64,000 nt of DNA from Octopus sinensis (lineage: Eukaryota): assembly GCF_006345805.1 (NCBI RefSeq), contig NC_043007.1, positions 59,210,001 through 59,274,000 of the forward strand, written 5' to 3'. A model generated the notes under the pieces. The model saw only the letters and a list, made by a program, of their open reading frames with translations, had not been told where the DNA came from and did no database searches. Both the position numbers and the translations under genes were made by a program. Each line of letters starts with the position of its first letter. The first letter of the stretch is position 1. This document shows positions 1 to 13,720 of this stretch, piece after piece.

Positions 1-2032
1 TTATGGGAATGGACTTCATTATTCTTGTTTTATTGTGAAAGAGTATTAAACTTGAGCTAAGAAATGGTTGGTGTGTACTTGTATATATAGGTAATAGGAA
101 TAAATGGTGAGGGCATCTAATGAATGTAATATTTTGGTGGTGTTTTTTTTATTCCTGTTGTCATGTGCATACATTGGTATTTTCTAGTGTAAACATCTAT
201 TTTTCCATGTTAACATAGGTTAGATGGGAAATAATTATTTGAGAAAGGATTTTATGGTCATATGCTCTTCCTGCCACCAACCTCTACTTGTTTTGAAAGT
301 AAAAGATTTTTTATTCCAAAAGTCTTTGAAAGTGCAGAATGTTAACTAGGAATGTTGCCATTTCACTCAAAGTAGTGACAAACATGGAATGTCAATATTC
401 ATACATTCACTCACGTTTATATATGGAAACAAGTGGGGTTTGGTGACAGAAGGGGCATCTGACTGTAGAAAACTCTACTGCAGCATACTGTTGTCTGACC
501 TATTCAAGCATGGAAAAGTAGATAATGAAATTATGATGCTGGTGACAGGTTTCCTGCAATTTCTGTCTACCAAATTCACAGACAAGGCATTAGTTGGCAC
601 TGGGCTTTGAAGGGGGACTGAGCCCCCAAATTGATGAACATATATATTGTGCATTGAGTGTGTATTGTTATCTGGGTAAAGTGAATGGGTTGGTTGGGTT
701 GAAGTTAATAAGCCTCTATTTTTTAAGAGCAATATTTAATGGAAAATGGTTAACAATGTAAAGATGTTTTGAGAGCTGGAGTATTTTGATAAGGAATTAG
801 TGGTGATTGTATGGAATGTAGTGTATTATTAACATGTGTTCTGTTAATTTGTAATGCCAGAATAAACTCCTATCTGTACTTCATATGTTGAAGATCTCTA
901 AATTTTGTGTAATGTTAATTTATCTAAAATTATGACCCCAATGACACCTAGAACAGCTAATCTTATCTAATCATAACATAAATGTCAACACAAGTAGCAG
1001 TTAGTGGTTCAATGTTTTTACTAATCTAGTAAATAACTCACTTATGAGATGTAGACCTATCAAGTTTCTTTGTTCTACAAAGCCCCTTACTTTCCATATA
1101 GACATTAGAATATGATGTAACACTGTTAAATTAAAATAACAGGATTTTTTTTTTAAAGAGATTGGCGGATGCTATATATAAGAACTTGGTGGTAGCTGTT
1201 TATTCCTTAATAGAGTATAAGGAAGTCATAATAGATTGAACTGACATTGCAGTTTGAAGATGTGATTTGAGGAATTTTTAATTGTTGAGTCTGGAGCATA
1301 GCCCCTGACCTATGCAAGCCCTCCAGAACCAGCGTTAATTTTGAAAGTGCTGAAGGATAGCTGTTATTGTTGGTTTTATTAAGATATATAGTTATTTTTA
1401 TTACAGACAAAGGGTGTCTACACATACATATTTGTGGGTATTTATTTATTTTTTTAATACTTTGCTAGATTTTAGAATGTATGCATGGTTAAGACTTTTT
1501 TTATTTATTCCTACATGCTTACCACTTTACATTTAAAGTTCAAATTCCATTGAGGTCGATTTTCCCTTTTGTCCCTTTCTGAGGTTGATAAAATAAGTAC
1601 CAGCTGATCACTGGGGTCAGTGTAAGTAGCTTACCCCGTCCCCTGAAATTGCTGGCCTTATTGCCAAAATTTGAAACTAATAATGTTAACTTGTACTAAG
1701 AATAAGGAGTTGATGTTGTAAGTAGATTTATTTTCCAGGATCAATACGTTTGATTGTCTCTTGTTTCAAATGCTGCTTTTTTAACTGATAAAATGACAAC
1801 TGGATATTACTAAGCAGGTAGTGTCTATCTTAATTTATAATAATAGTAATTATAATATTGGGAAAATTAAGTGGTGTAATTCAAGAGATGTAGATTTCAT
1901 TGAAGCTTTGGTTAAATAAGTGCTACAATCAGTTTAGATCTCATTTGTTTCTTAATTTTCTATTTCTTACTAAATTTTGCATAGCATTTTCATATTTTTC
2001 TATTTTCAGAGCTGACCCTATTAATTCCCAAA

Positions 2033-2050
2033 ATGGCAAAATCTAAAAAG
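2033..2050 (+). CDS. LBR: LBR/delta14-sterol reductase, coding exon 1 (MAKSKK); exon begins at acceptor 2010
   Basis: ttttcag acceptor ending 2009, aaaATGG context at 2033, aag|gtaaga donor at 2051; phase 0 joins the RS exon. The frame is also open upstream of the ATG, so a further upstream coding exon is not excluded. Confidence 0.7.
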
Positions 2051-4548
2051 GTAAGAAGCATTTTCCCTTGTTTTGATATGGTTTTGAAGAGTTCTGTAAT
2101 TTTGATAATACCAAGTATATTCTGTCACTTACTTTGTACAAATTTTATGCTTGATTGGATATCAGTTACTGAGTGTAACTATCCAGCAAGTGGAGGGCCA
2201 TGCAGGTAAAGCAAATGGGTTCTTAAAATGGGTGCATCTTAATCCATATGGTGTATTATAGCAACTCAGCCTTGCAGAGTCCATCTCTCTCCAGGCTATA
2301 ATTATAGGAAGATTGAAATCTTTTTTTTTAAACACACTACCTTTGTATAAGTTAATTTTGAAAATAATGAAGAATTTGATAAAATAGCTGACATATTAAG
2401 TGGGACATAGATTAACATGAAATTTTGATTGAAAGTTTTAAATTTTGATTACTTGAAGTGTGTACATGGGAGTAAAAGAGTATAACATGAGTATTGTCTC
2501 ATTTCGATGGCGTTCCCTACACTTTCCCAGTATTGAAAGCTGTAGTTTTAGTCCATCGTACAGTAACTATTTAATTTCTTCACCTTTAACTGTTCCCTGA
2601 TGTTGACAGTGGTGTTGCATTGTTTTCAACAGTTGAAGTTTTGCAAGTTAATACATACTTCTAGATATTCTAGACCTTGTTCTGTGTCATAACTTTTTAA
2701 GATATTATCTAACTCCTTATGCATAACACAAAACTCTCAAAATTTTCTACAGAGACTGAGCTGCACAATTGCTGATTTTTCCAAGCAATCTTTTTATATC
2801 ATAACACATAAGACTGATTCTCCTCCTTTCTCAAATACTAACTTTCCTTCTTAGGGCCACCATATACTTCACCCCTGATCAGTTTCTTACCCTCTTGGTC
2901 AAGTAAAACCCATAGCTGAGATGGTTCTGCCATTACACATACAAGCATCTTATCCTATATCCCAAAGAACAACCTTCTGATTAATGGCCAAAAGCTCACT
3001 CACCAACACACCACAAACTCTGGCTTACACACCTAATGTTTCCTTTCTCTTCTGATTCTATTACTACTGCAATAGTTGAATGAACATATGAACTAACAGT
3101 GCTAGGCTAAAATTCATTGGACTGGAGAAAGCAATGGAAAATTGATCCAGTGTAATTTTTTTCCTTGATTTGTTATGAGAAGACAATGTCTTTAGTTGCA
3201 TTCCAACAACCCAGCAGATTACACAGGATGTTACTGTTAGTACAGTTGGTGAATAAACATCAGTTTCATCCAGTAGTGCAATAAATAGTCAGTTGACTTC
3301 AACAGTAGACCTTCCATCTTTAAAGGTATTCATCAATGAGTGAGTAACTATATTAATTTAAGTTGTGGTGTTCATACCTATCTCAAGAGCTTAAGCAAAG
3401 GAAGTGAATTAACTACAATATACAATTAAACTTATTTTGTAATGTGTAATTGTGGCTTGTGTAAATTATGCTGGCTCTACATTTGAAATTAAGGTAGTAT
3501 ACATAAAATCGGAAATGTGTCTGGTTCAATCAAGTTAGGTTGCCTGCAAGACTACTCTGCAAAACCTTCCTAATTGTTTTGTTTTTAGAATGTCTAAAAA
3601 CATAATTCAATTTTTATTCTGCATTTTACTTTTCTGTCTTTATATTATTTGTCTGATTTAAATCTGAAGAAATTTGTTTACTACGTAAATTTTCTTTGTT
3701 TTCAATTGTTTTTGTTTACTGTACAATGTTTATCAACACAATTTTGTCTGAAATATAACTTCATATATTACATAGTTTTTTTTTTTCTGTTACTATAAAG
3801 AAAATCAGATTTATGATGAAGGGAAAATTAAAATATGTTTTTTAGTCACTAGTATAAGTTATTTATAAAAATCTGGTAATACTAAGTACTGGCTACCAGA
3901 TTTTTTTCTTAATCTCACCATCTTTATCTCTCTTTCCAGCTCTACCCTAATTACTCTTACCCACTCTTGTAGAACGCAGGTAGCTATGTATCTCCTTCAC
4001 TGCAAGAAACCCATTTTGCTCCTTCTTTCATACTTCAGCCTCTCAATATCTAGCATAAAGCTCCTCCTTCTCCCCTGTAGCATCACTCAAATGAAGGGGA
4101 TCTTGTGATCTACATGGTAACCTCACTAGTGATGGTTCCACAAAAAAAGCACCCAGTACACATACCAGAGCAGACACTGGGGCGCTACACAGTTCTCTGA
4201 TTCATCAGATCCTGTAGAATCATACAACCCATGCCAGCATGGAAGATGAACTTTAAAAGATGATGATGAGGTTAGCCCTGATTCAACAAACCTAAGTTCA
4301 ATGGTGTTTCCAGTTCTGGTCATCTTGTCTTATCCCCCCACACACACATACCTCCAGACTGTATTTCATTCAAAATCCACAACCTAAAGATATCATTGGT
4401 ACACAGCAACATTTATTTCGATGGATCGATATCCTAGTACTGCCTATATCTTCACCAGGCCTGGTTGCCCTTAGCCTTCTCCATGAGTACACTTAGCTTT
4501 TGACAGGTGATACTGTAGAACTTATTATTATTATAGGCTCTGAGTAAG

Positions 4549-4735
4549 GCAGCAAGCTAGCAGAATCGTTGGCACACCAGGCAGAATACTTAGCATCATT
4601 TTGTGCGTCTTCATGTTCTGATTTCAAATTCTGCTGAGACTGGCTTTGCTTGTCATCCTTCTGGAGTTTGTAAAATAAGTACCAGTTGAGCATTAGGGTT
4701 GATTTAATTGAATTAGTTCCTCCCCAAAACTGCTA
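4549..4735 (+). mobile_element. SINE family A copy (others at ~1530-1680 +, 26295-26430 +, 33830-34040 -, 37890-38070 +, 38770-38845 -, 46140-46325 -)
   Basis: Shared core ttcaaatt(c)cgccgaggtcgactttgcctttcatcc...aaataagtaccagtt across copies. Confidence 0.75.
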
Positions 4736-5194
4736 ATTATTATTGGTTGTGAGGTTTAGAAGTTTGCTTCCCAGCTATTTTGGGTTCAGTCCCACAGCAT
4801 GGCATCTTGAGTGAATGTCATTTACTATAGCCCTGGGCCAACCAAAGCCTTGTGGATGGATTTGGTAAATGGTAACTAAAAAAGCCTATCATGTCTATGT
4901 GTATGCAATATATATATATATATATATATATATGTCAAATGTACAAAAAGCAAAGAAAGGTCAGAGAACAACAAGCAGATATATTAGTTTGATGCTTGGG
5001 GAGAATGGGAAAGTCTTTGACATTTCGATCCTATGCTTTTCTATAGAAAGGGATAAAAGGGGGAAAATTGAGAGAGAGAAAAAAAATGTCTGGATTAATG
5101 GTTTAACATGATGAAATTATCAAACGAAAGAATCCGATTGAAGGGGAGATAACAGCGACCCAACTGAACTGGAGTGTGCAAGTGCATATATGTA

Positions 5195-6484
5195 CAGCGG
5201 TTGGACAAAATAATGGAAACAACTAGCATCATAGCATCATAATTTTGAAATATCTATAAAACCATCAAAAGCGTGTTTATTTTTATGGTTTTTGATATTT
5301 TATTAGTGTTGCTTAATATGTTTTGCTAAAATTGCTGTTTCTTTTCAGATATCATCAGAAAAAGATAATTAAAATTCATTAAAATGACAGATCTATTGGA
5401 CTTTCAAAGAAGTCAAATTTTTGGTGCTCATATGGAAGGCACTAGTGTAACAAAAACAGCCAAAATGTTTGGTGTATCAAGAAATACTGTCTCGAAAGTA
5501 ATGACAGCTTTTGAGAAAGAGGGAAAAACCTCCTCGTCGAAACAAAACCCCGGAAGAAAACCAAAACTTTCAGATAGGTACCATCGGACTCTTACGTGAA
5601 TTATATGAAAGGATCACAAAAGTACAGCTCCCAAAATTACTGCAGATCTTAATGACCACCTCGAGAACCCAGTTTCCACAAGAACTGTTTGCCAGGAGCT
5701 GCACAAAGCCAGATTTCATGGGAGGGCTGCAATCAGAAAACCACTACTTTCAAAAACAAACGTTGCAAAGCGTTTAGAGTGGAGTAAAAACCTACAGAAT
5801 TGGTCCCTAGAGCAATGGAAGAATGTTATTTTCTTGGACAAGTCATCCTTTACCTTATTTCTGACCACTGGCCGAATATACCTGTGGAGACAGCCAAAAG
5901 AAGTATTTGACTCAGACTACCTTCTTCCAACTGTTAAACATGGTGGAGGATCTGTGATAATCTGGGGGAGGCTATATCTTGGAAATCTGCTGGCCCAATT
6001 GTTTCCCTTCATGGCAGAATTAATAGCGGACGTTAAACGATGATGATGATGATGATGATTTAAGCATTTTATCTGATGAAATTCATCCTATGGTTGCAGA
6101 GCTGTTTCCGGAGGGAAACACAATCTTTCAGGATGATAATGCACACAACTAAATTTGTTACTGAATAGCATGAGGAACATTCTAGTGAAGCTGAACATCT
6201 TATCTAGCCACTACAGTCCCCAGATCTCAATATTATTGAACATTTATGGTGCATTTTAGAAAAATAAGTAAGGAGTCAATATCCCCCACCATCATCACTA
6301 CAAGAACTGAAAACTGTTGTAGTTGAAGAATGGACAAAAATTTCTTTGGAAACAATTCAAACTTTGTACGAGTTCATATCTTGTAGAATTCAAGCTGTAA
6401 TTACTGTCAAAGGCGGCCCTACCCCATATTAAAATTAATTTGTTTGAAATTTTAAGATGTTTCCATCTTTTCATCCAACCCCTG
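5195..6484 (+). mobile_element. Tc1-family DNA transposon, full-length but decayed, in LBR intron 1
   Basis: Imperfect ~28-bp TIRs (cagcggttggacaaaataatggaaac / gtttccatcttttcatccaacccctg) with flanking TA. Disrupted transposase at 5384-6430 with GRKPKL, TVKHGGGSV..WG, FQDDNA and SPDLNIIEHLW. Confidence 0.92.
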
Positions 6485-6861
6485 TATGTGAGCATGTGTG
6501 TCAATGGGGGCAACCGCATGTGTATGTGTGTGTATATGTATACGTTTGTGTGTGTGCCTCTGCCACATTTTGACATCTTGATAGTTATAAACAAATATCA
6601 CTGTCATACAAGCAGTATCATTCATTTACAATCTTCTGAAAACATGTCCTGTCATGGGGAAAATATTACTTTGTTTGGGAACAGGTGAGGGTTGATTATA
6701 AGAAGGGCATCCAGCTACAGAGAATCCAAGTGCAAGTCTAGAAAAGTGGATATTAAAATGATGATAATGGTGTGTGTGTGTGTGTGTCCTCCCCAAGATT
6801 ATGGACATCAATTAAGAACTTTTAAACATTTTTTGTCATAAAATTGGTGTCTTTATTTCAG

Positions 6862-7050
6862 GAAGCACGTTCAAGATCAAGAAAGAGATCTACTTCCAGA
6901 AGTCGAAGTCGCAGTCGTACAAGGACTGCTGCAAAGAAATCTGCATCAACCACAACAACACCAGTCCAGCGCAAAACGTCATCTCAGACAGTTGCAAAGT
7001 CTACTCCCAAAACTGATCCTATTCGGATATCAAGTCGAATTGCAGCAAAG
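6862..7050 (+). CDS. LBR: LBR exon 2, Arg/Ser-rich nucleoplasmic domain (EARSRSRKRSTSRSRSRSR...IAAK)
   Basis: tttcag|gaa acceptor, aag|gttact donor, 189 nt phase 0-0; RS repeats typical of the LBR N-terminus. Confidence 0.88.
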
Positions 7051-7529
7051 GTTACTTCTTTTTTGTTGTTTAACCACCACCTCAATTTAACCCTATGATC
7101 AAGGATATTTTAATCATTTTCTTTCCTTTTTCATTTTCTTTCCTTTCTGATATAGTGGGCTGCATTTTCCAGTGTATTCTCTTTTTTAAGACAGCAAAGT
7201 GTGTTTAGAGAGAGAGTTGGCTATTGTTTCTAGCTGGCTCATCTATTGTATTATTTCTTATTGAATGAGAGAGGGAATGGATGAATAATCAGTTATGAAA
7301 ACAATGTCTTGCAGTGAATGGGTTTTTAGATTTAAAATTTCTATGTGAAAAGAGAGCATGAAACTTACAATTAAAGTAATGAAAGTCCAATCTGTATTAG
7401 GATTAATCAGCAATTTACAGTTAGAAATTTTTATAATTTGATTTGCTAATTTTGTGTTCTACTTATCTTGAGCTTTTTATCTTATTTTATTGTAAACCGT
7501 TTGTTTTGGATTATCTTTTTCATATTAAG

Positions 7530-7736
7530 GAAGAAAAGAAATTGTTTGTCGAAAAGTTAGAAACTGTCCAAATCAAACAGATCTCTGAAACCAAAACAAT
7601 TCCTGATGTGAAGATTGAAGATGAAAAGAAAATTCGGAAGACACCAAAGAAACATATTGGCAGTGTTTTGGGTGCCATATCTTTTATGATTTTGTTTCCA
7701 CTTGCCACCTTTTACCTGGTTCTGTTGTGCCACAAG
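7530..7736 (+). CDS. LBR: LBR exon 3, charged linker and first transmembrane segment (EEKKLF...GSVLGAISFMILFPLATFYLVLLCHK)
   Basis: attaag|gaa acceptor, aag|gtaaga donor, 207 nt phase 0-0; resembles the LBR/TM7SF2 segment GGVPGVFLIMFGLP...LLLMCK. Confidence 0.88.
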
Positions 7737-8736
7737 GTAAGATCTTGATTGCAATTTCAAAGATGTTGGATTGCTAACCATATTTGTCAGAAATTTAATC
7801 CTTACTTACAACAACCCTTGTATGTTTCATTTTGCTTAACTAGAGATGCTTTCTCCTCATACTTAAAGTTCAGTGGCTAACGCTGGGAAGGAGTGGTCAC
7901 TGTAGGCTTTGAATGCATTCATACTACCAAGGTAAAATTAAAAAAAAACATTTTCCTTGTGTTGGTATCAATTTTTTTCATAGGTCAGATCAATTCCATA
8001 CCAATATATTTCTCTTTATATAAACATAAATACCAAAATATTTTAACAATCAGCAAGGAAAGCATTAATCTTGTAAGCATTCCGGGCTGAGACACAGGGG
8101 TTGGCTGCTGTTTTGTAAATTTGTTTACCATGCCACCAAAGAAAAACTACTGATGAAAATATCTCTTCTATTACAAGCTGCAAACTAGATAAACCATCCA
8201 AGACTGTTGTTCAGTTCTAAAGGATGTTTGTGATATTTCCGATGGAAAATCATGCAAGCTTTGATCATCATGTAATTCAGCTGAATCACTTAAAGAGAAC
8301 AGTTAACCTTCACCTGCAATTTATTGTTGTTATTTATCCTCAGATCACTGTTTTAAGGCATGATGTATCTAGGACTATATTATCCTGGATGCATGTTTCT
8401 TTTACTTCATAAAATAGTAGGATGTGATTTGAGGGAAATTTGACAGCTATTTCTTACAAATTAAACAGCTGCATGGAATCCCTCTTTGGCTCATTCTTCT
8501 CACATATCTCTAAAATTTGTGATCATCTGTTGTACAAAACCATAAAAAATATTTAACTATGGTGAAATTTGACTTTAGAATCATGTAGTAGTAAACTTGT
8601 TAAAAGAATTTATCTGGTCTAACTTTTGTATCATTTATACCAGCTTTGTTCAAGATGTGTTTTTACTACTATTTCCCATATTTCTTGTCCACTTTCTATT
8701 GACATTACTGATTTATAATCTACTATGGAATTTTAG

Positions 8737-8923
8737 TATCAGTGCAGTATCACAAGTCTACCCAAAATACCAAAGAACTGGAAATATTACTTTGACCCAT
8801 ACTCTGCCAGTATTGTTGTTGGTTGGTTCCTGCTTCAGTCAGTATTAGCAATCATTCCAGTGGGAAGAAAAGTTACAGGACAGCCTTTACCATCTGGTGG
8901 TCGTCTGACCTATCGCTGTAATG
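8737..8923 (+). CDS. LBR: LBR exon 4 (YQCSITSLPKIPKNW...GWFLLQSVLAIIPVGRKVTGQPLPSGGRLTYRCNG)
   Basis: ttttag| acceptor (in-frame alternative cag| at 8742), aatg|gtaagt donor; matches the family motif P.GK.V.G.PL..G.RL.YR.NG. Confidence 0.9.
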
Positions 8924-11740
8924 GTAAGTTAGAACACTATTGATTGTAATATCACTAAATCTTTTATGACCACGATGACTGGTTTATCATCCCATTTTGG
9001 TTGTTTGAAGCAAAGCTTAATTCAAATGCATTAGTCTTATCACATGTTAACTCTTTCAGGCTTTAATTGAAGCCATCTGAGACTTCTTCTTCTATGCAAA
9101 ATCTTCTCCTGTAAAATAAAATGGTGAAAGTTAAAAAAGAGTATATATGGTCGGTAGCTAGAGGATGAGGATTTCACTTCTAATTAAAACATTATTGAGT
9201 CTCATGTTATAATTACATATATAAAATTCTATCATTGACAAATTCTGTCATCATTTCTATTATTGTTCTTGTTTTGTATCTACTAAACATAACTCTAAAC
9301 CTAAACAAGACTTATTCTTTAAGGATATCCTAACTGATGAAAATTTGTTATGAATTGCAATTGTGAATCTCTGTCTTCTCCTTAACCAAATAGTTCTTAA
9401 CCTTAAAAATCATTTAGTGAGGCTAAATGTATTGTAGCATCATCATCATTGTTTTAACATCCAGTTTTCCAGGAGCCACATACAATTCATTGAGTTAGAT
9501 TTTCTATGGCAAGATGCCCTTCCTGTCACCAAACCTCAAACTGTTTTGTAGGTCTTCCTGTGGAAGAGGTAGACACAAAAAGACATGGAATGAGGTGGGG
9601 AAATATGATCGTCAAATGTTGAGACACACAGAGGCAATGACAAGTGACACAAGACTTTTAGTGATTTGCTGTGCTTGAGAAGATACATCAAGCTTCATAG
9701 TTGTGGCCAGTGATGATGAGACATTAATGACAACCATGCTGATGACATATAAAAGGTGGCACATAAAAAGCAGCACCCCATGCCAGTGACACGTGAAGGG
9801 CAGTACCTGTGCTGGGAACATGTAAACAGCATCCATGCTGGTGACATGTAAAAAGCACCCAGTATGTTCTATGGGATGGTTGGTGTTAGGAAGAGCATCC
9901 TGCCATAGAAAGCACATCAAAACAGACTGGAACCAGGTGCAGCTCCCTGGCCTACTAGTTCCAGTCAAACTGTCAAACCCATGCCATCATGGAAAACAGG
10001 CATCAGGAGGAGGAGTGGTGCTGGTTGTTGTTTACACAGAAAGCTGAAGATAAACAGCATTGCTTGTCAAGTGTACCCATACATACAGCAAGCTTTTATC
10101 AGTTTCTATCTACCAAATCTATTTATAAAGTCAACCCAAAGCTATTGTAAAAGACACCTGCCCCAGGTGCCATGCAGTGAGACTGAACCTGAAACCATGT
10201 GGTTGGGAAACAAGCTCCTTAACCACTCAGCCACACCTGTGATTATGTACATATTCATATAATATATGGAATTGAATTATTTCTCTCATTGTTTTCTTTC
10301 CATATACCAGATTATTGGGAGTTGAATAAGACCTTGTGTGTTTGTGTCGAGCTAAAATATTGGAATTTCTGTGACATAAATTGGAGATAAATTAATGACA
10401 TTTGATTGTTGATATACATCTGACCACAGAAGTTTAGTTAATATTCAGTAACTGAACTAAAATTTTGTCAATTCTTCACTGATATATTTTATATCATCTT
10501 TGTATATAATTAAAATCTCTTCACAACTTTTGGAAACTTCTGTGCATTGTGTAAACAATTACAATTCAAAAAGTAAATATGCAGATGTCTTCTCTGCTGA
10601 AATTGAATTTTATACATATATACACACACACACACACGTGCAGCCACAGCCTTAGGGTTGAAACATGTAAAAGAATATATATTGTATCTTTTAATTGTTT
10701 CAGTCATCAGACTGTGGCTATGCTGGGGTAGCAGATAGATAGATAATCTTGTTGGCATGGTAACCAAGTTCACTGTTAGAGTATGGCAGGCAACAGATAT
10801 ATATTTCACTTTGTGTCTGCCATTATGATGTGTTTTTGTCATTCTGTTGTTTACATGTTAAGACAAGGAAACACAAACATTCATACACACACACACGAGC
10901 TTCGTTCAGTTTCTGTATACCAAATCCTCTCATAAGGCTTTAGTTTTCCTAGGACTATAGGAAAAGACACTTGCTCAAGGTACCCTATATAGTATTTTGA
11001 TATACAATGCTACATTTTTAGACATGTTGAAAGAGGCATTATGATTCAAAGGAAAATATAGTGAAATAGTTTCCTGCTGTTCTCTCCCACCTCAGGGAGG
11101 GATTTTTGTTCACCAACTCAGTCTTAGAAATTTTATATATATATAGTTTATCTCATATCATGTCTCTTCTCATCACCACCTCTTCATGCATCAGCTAATG
11201 CTCTTCTTCTGTGTAGTTTAATAATAGGAAGGGCACCTAGCCACAGAAAACATGTCAAGAGCTGGAATGTGTGAGTGAGACATGATTCCCAAAGCAATCT
11301 CTGAGGATAAGGTCATTGATAAGAACTGACATGTTCTTGATGATCCATCCAACCCATATCTGTGTAGCAAAGTGGAATAATGATGGTGATGTTGATTACC
11401 AATTATGATGTGCTCTCTTAACATTTCAACTTCATTTATAACTTTTTAAAAAATCTGATGAACTATGATAAAGTGCATTCAGCTATCTCAGAAGAAATGG
11501 TTGGAATCCTACACAACTGCTTCACTAATTTCTCTTCCATTCTCTGATAAATCAATTCCTCTTAAACACTTATTTTGATCATAGCTGGGTAAAGAAACTT
11601 TTTAAAATTTATATTTGGACGTTGTCTTCTGAAATATGAAATTGTTGCAAATTAATAGTTTTTAGTTTACCCAGACCATTTTTGTATGTGTGATATCAAA
11701 ATATTTCACAAATTCATACTTTAACATTTTTCTTTTTCAG

Positions 11741-11935
11741 GTTTTTTTGCATTGATAGTTGTCCTTGCTATGTTTGGACTTGCTGTCTACTTAGAGCTGC
11801 CCATCACTTTTGTGTATGACAAATTATTTTCAATAGTCATTACATCAGCAATTCTAGCTTTTATCCTGAGCATTGTATTCTACATCAAGTCCAGATATGC
11901 ATCACCAACAGCAATTGCAGCTTCTGGCAATACTG
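11741..11935 (+). CDS. LBR: LBR exon 5 (FFALIVVLAMFG...YIKSRYASPTAIAASGNTG)
   Basis: tttttcag| acceptor, actg|gtaaat donor, 195 nt phase 1-1; hydrophobic helices ending in the conserved SGN(T/S)G. Confidence 0.93.
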
Positions 11936-12042
11936 GTAAATATCTCCAAACTGTTTTTTTTTTCCAGGCATGTTCCTCATTTATTTATTTATAACAACTG
12001 CATTTAATATTGTGACTCCTACAAACCAGGCAACCATCACAC

Positions 12043-12162
<120 letters not shown>

Positions 12163-12949
12163 GGTAATTAGCAGTGATGTAGTCTAGGCTTTTCAGCATA
12201 AAAGGAAGATAGCATAAAGAGAATGTCAAAAAATCATAGGGTATGTCCAGAAGATGCCTATGATTTTATTTGCACCTTCAGTATTTAGCAATTATGGAAG
12301 TGCTTTTTGTTTCAAAAATGTTGGAGCTAAATTCTAAGAGACCTATACTGAAAATAGTGAAACACAAGTTGTTTAGCTGCAATGCATTATGTATGTGTTG
12401 TTAATTTTGAAGAAGAAAAATATAATCTATCATTCCGATGGAATACAATGACAAATAGCATCATAAATCAAGTGGCCATCCATTTTTTTTTCCTTCTTTA
12501 CAATTTTAATTATCAACTTTGTTTTCATTATGGTTTTTTTACAATTATTGTCTTTGTGTGTGTGTATATAGATTTTATAATCAACAATGGAAGAGCCACT
12601 ATAATGAATACATACATACTAATATGTATATTTTTGTATTGTAGTCCCACTATATGAAAATATCATTTTCATGTGTATTTAGGCAAGTTGGCTGGGAGGA
12701 ACCCATTTTCTCCGCTTTATATCCATGCTGCAGTGTTGAATATAGCATTGCCATCTATGAAATGCACATCAGTTTAACAATGTTATTACTAATGATGTAA
12801 CATTGCTAATATATTCTAATAACACTGTAAAACATGTGGTGAAACTGTACAGGCTTTCGTATATATTCTGTGTATCATATTGAAACTAAGTTGTTGGTAG
12901 TGATGATGTTGATGTGATAACACTATACATAATTTTCCCTATATTATAG

Positions 12950-13170
12950 GTAATGTAATTTATGATTTCTTTATGGGTCACGAATTGAATCCTCGTATTG
13001 GTCCTTTGGATATGAAATTTTTAAATTTCCGAATGAGTTTTCTTACCTGGCTGATGATGGATATGTGCCTTGTTCTGAAAGCTAGCCAAGATGATGGTGG
13101 AATTTCTCCCTCTATTGCAATTGTTACAATCTTCCAATTTATTTACATTGCTGATGTGCTCTGGTTTGAG
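12950..13170 (+). CDS. LBR: LBR exon 6 (GNVIYDFFMGHELNPRIG...FQFIYIADVLWFE)
   Basis: Full sterol reductase signature 1 (G-x2-I-Y-D-x-F-x-G-x2-L-N-P-R); ttatag| acceptor and gag|gtaagt donor. Confidence 0.97.
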
Positions 13171-13439
13171 GTAAGTACTGTTTTTGATTGATTTCTTATG
13201 TCTTTGTACTGAACCAGTTTTTGCAGGGGTGGAATTATTTGAACTGTATTGTGTAGTATAAGTGCTACACAACAGCTAAGTGGATTATTGAGTGATTAGA
13301 AATTGAGTGCTTTGATCATGAACACATTGTAGTACCAGTTATAGATATGAACAGCTAATTTTTTGGCTTTTAGTTCAACATGCCACCAACTTAGCCAGGT
13401 ACATTCACATACATGTTGAAAGGCATCTATGTGGTTAGC

Positions 13440-13720
13440 AATCATTCACTCACTAACTCTCCTCAGCCATCTTGTCACTCTTAATTTGTGTTTTCCTGGT
13501 CTCTTCTACAGTTATTATTCTACAATATATTTTTCTGGACTTGCTGACTATATATACTATCCTTATATAAATTTATTACCTCCTTGGCTGTCATTTGATT
13601 TTCTAACCTTTTGGTCCTATACTAAACACTTTGCTCAAACTTTCTTCCCTAGAGTTGCATGCCTATTTTTGTATGATTTCTCTTTCAACCACTAACTTTG
13701 TAGGATTGAAACTAAACATT
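13440..13720 (+). mobile_element. LINE 3' fragment in LBR intron 6
   Basis: GLFYSYY...TKHFAQTFFPRVA resembles the same LINE C-terminal motif. Confidence 0.5.
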
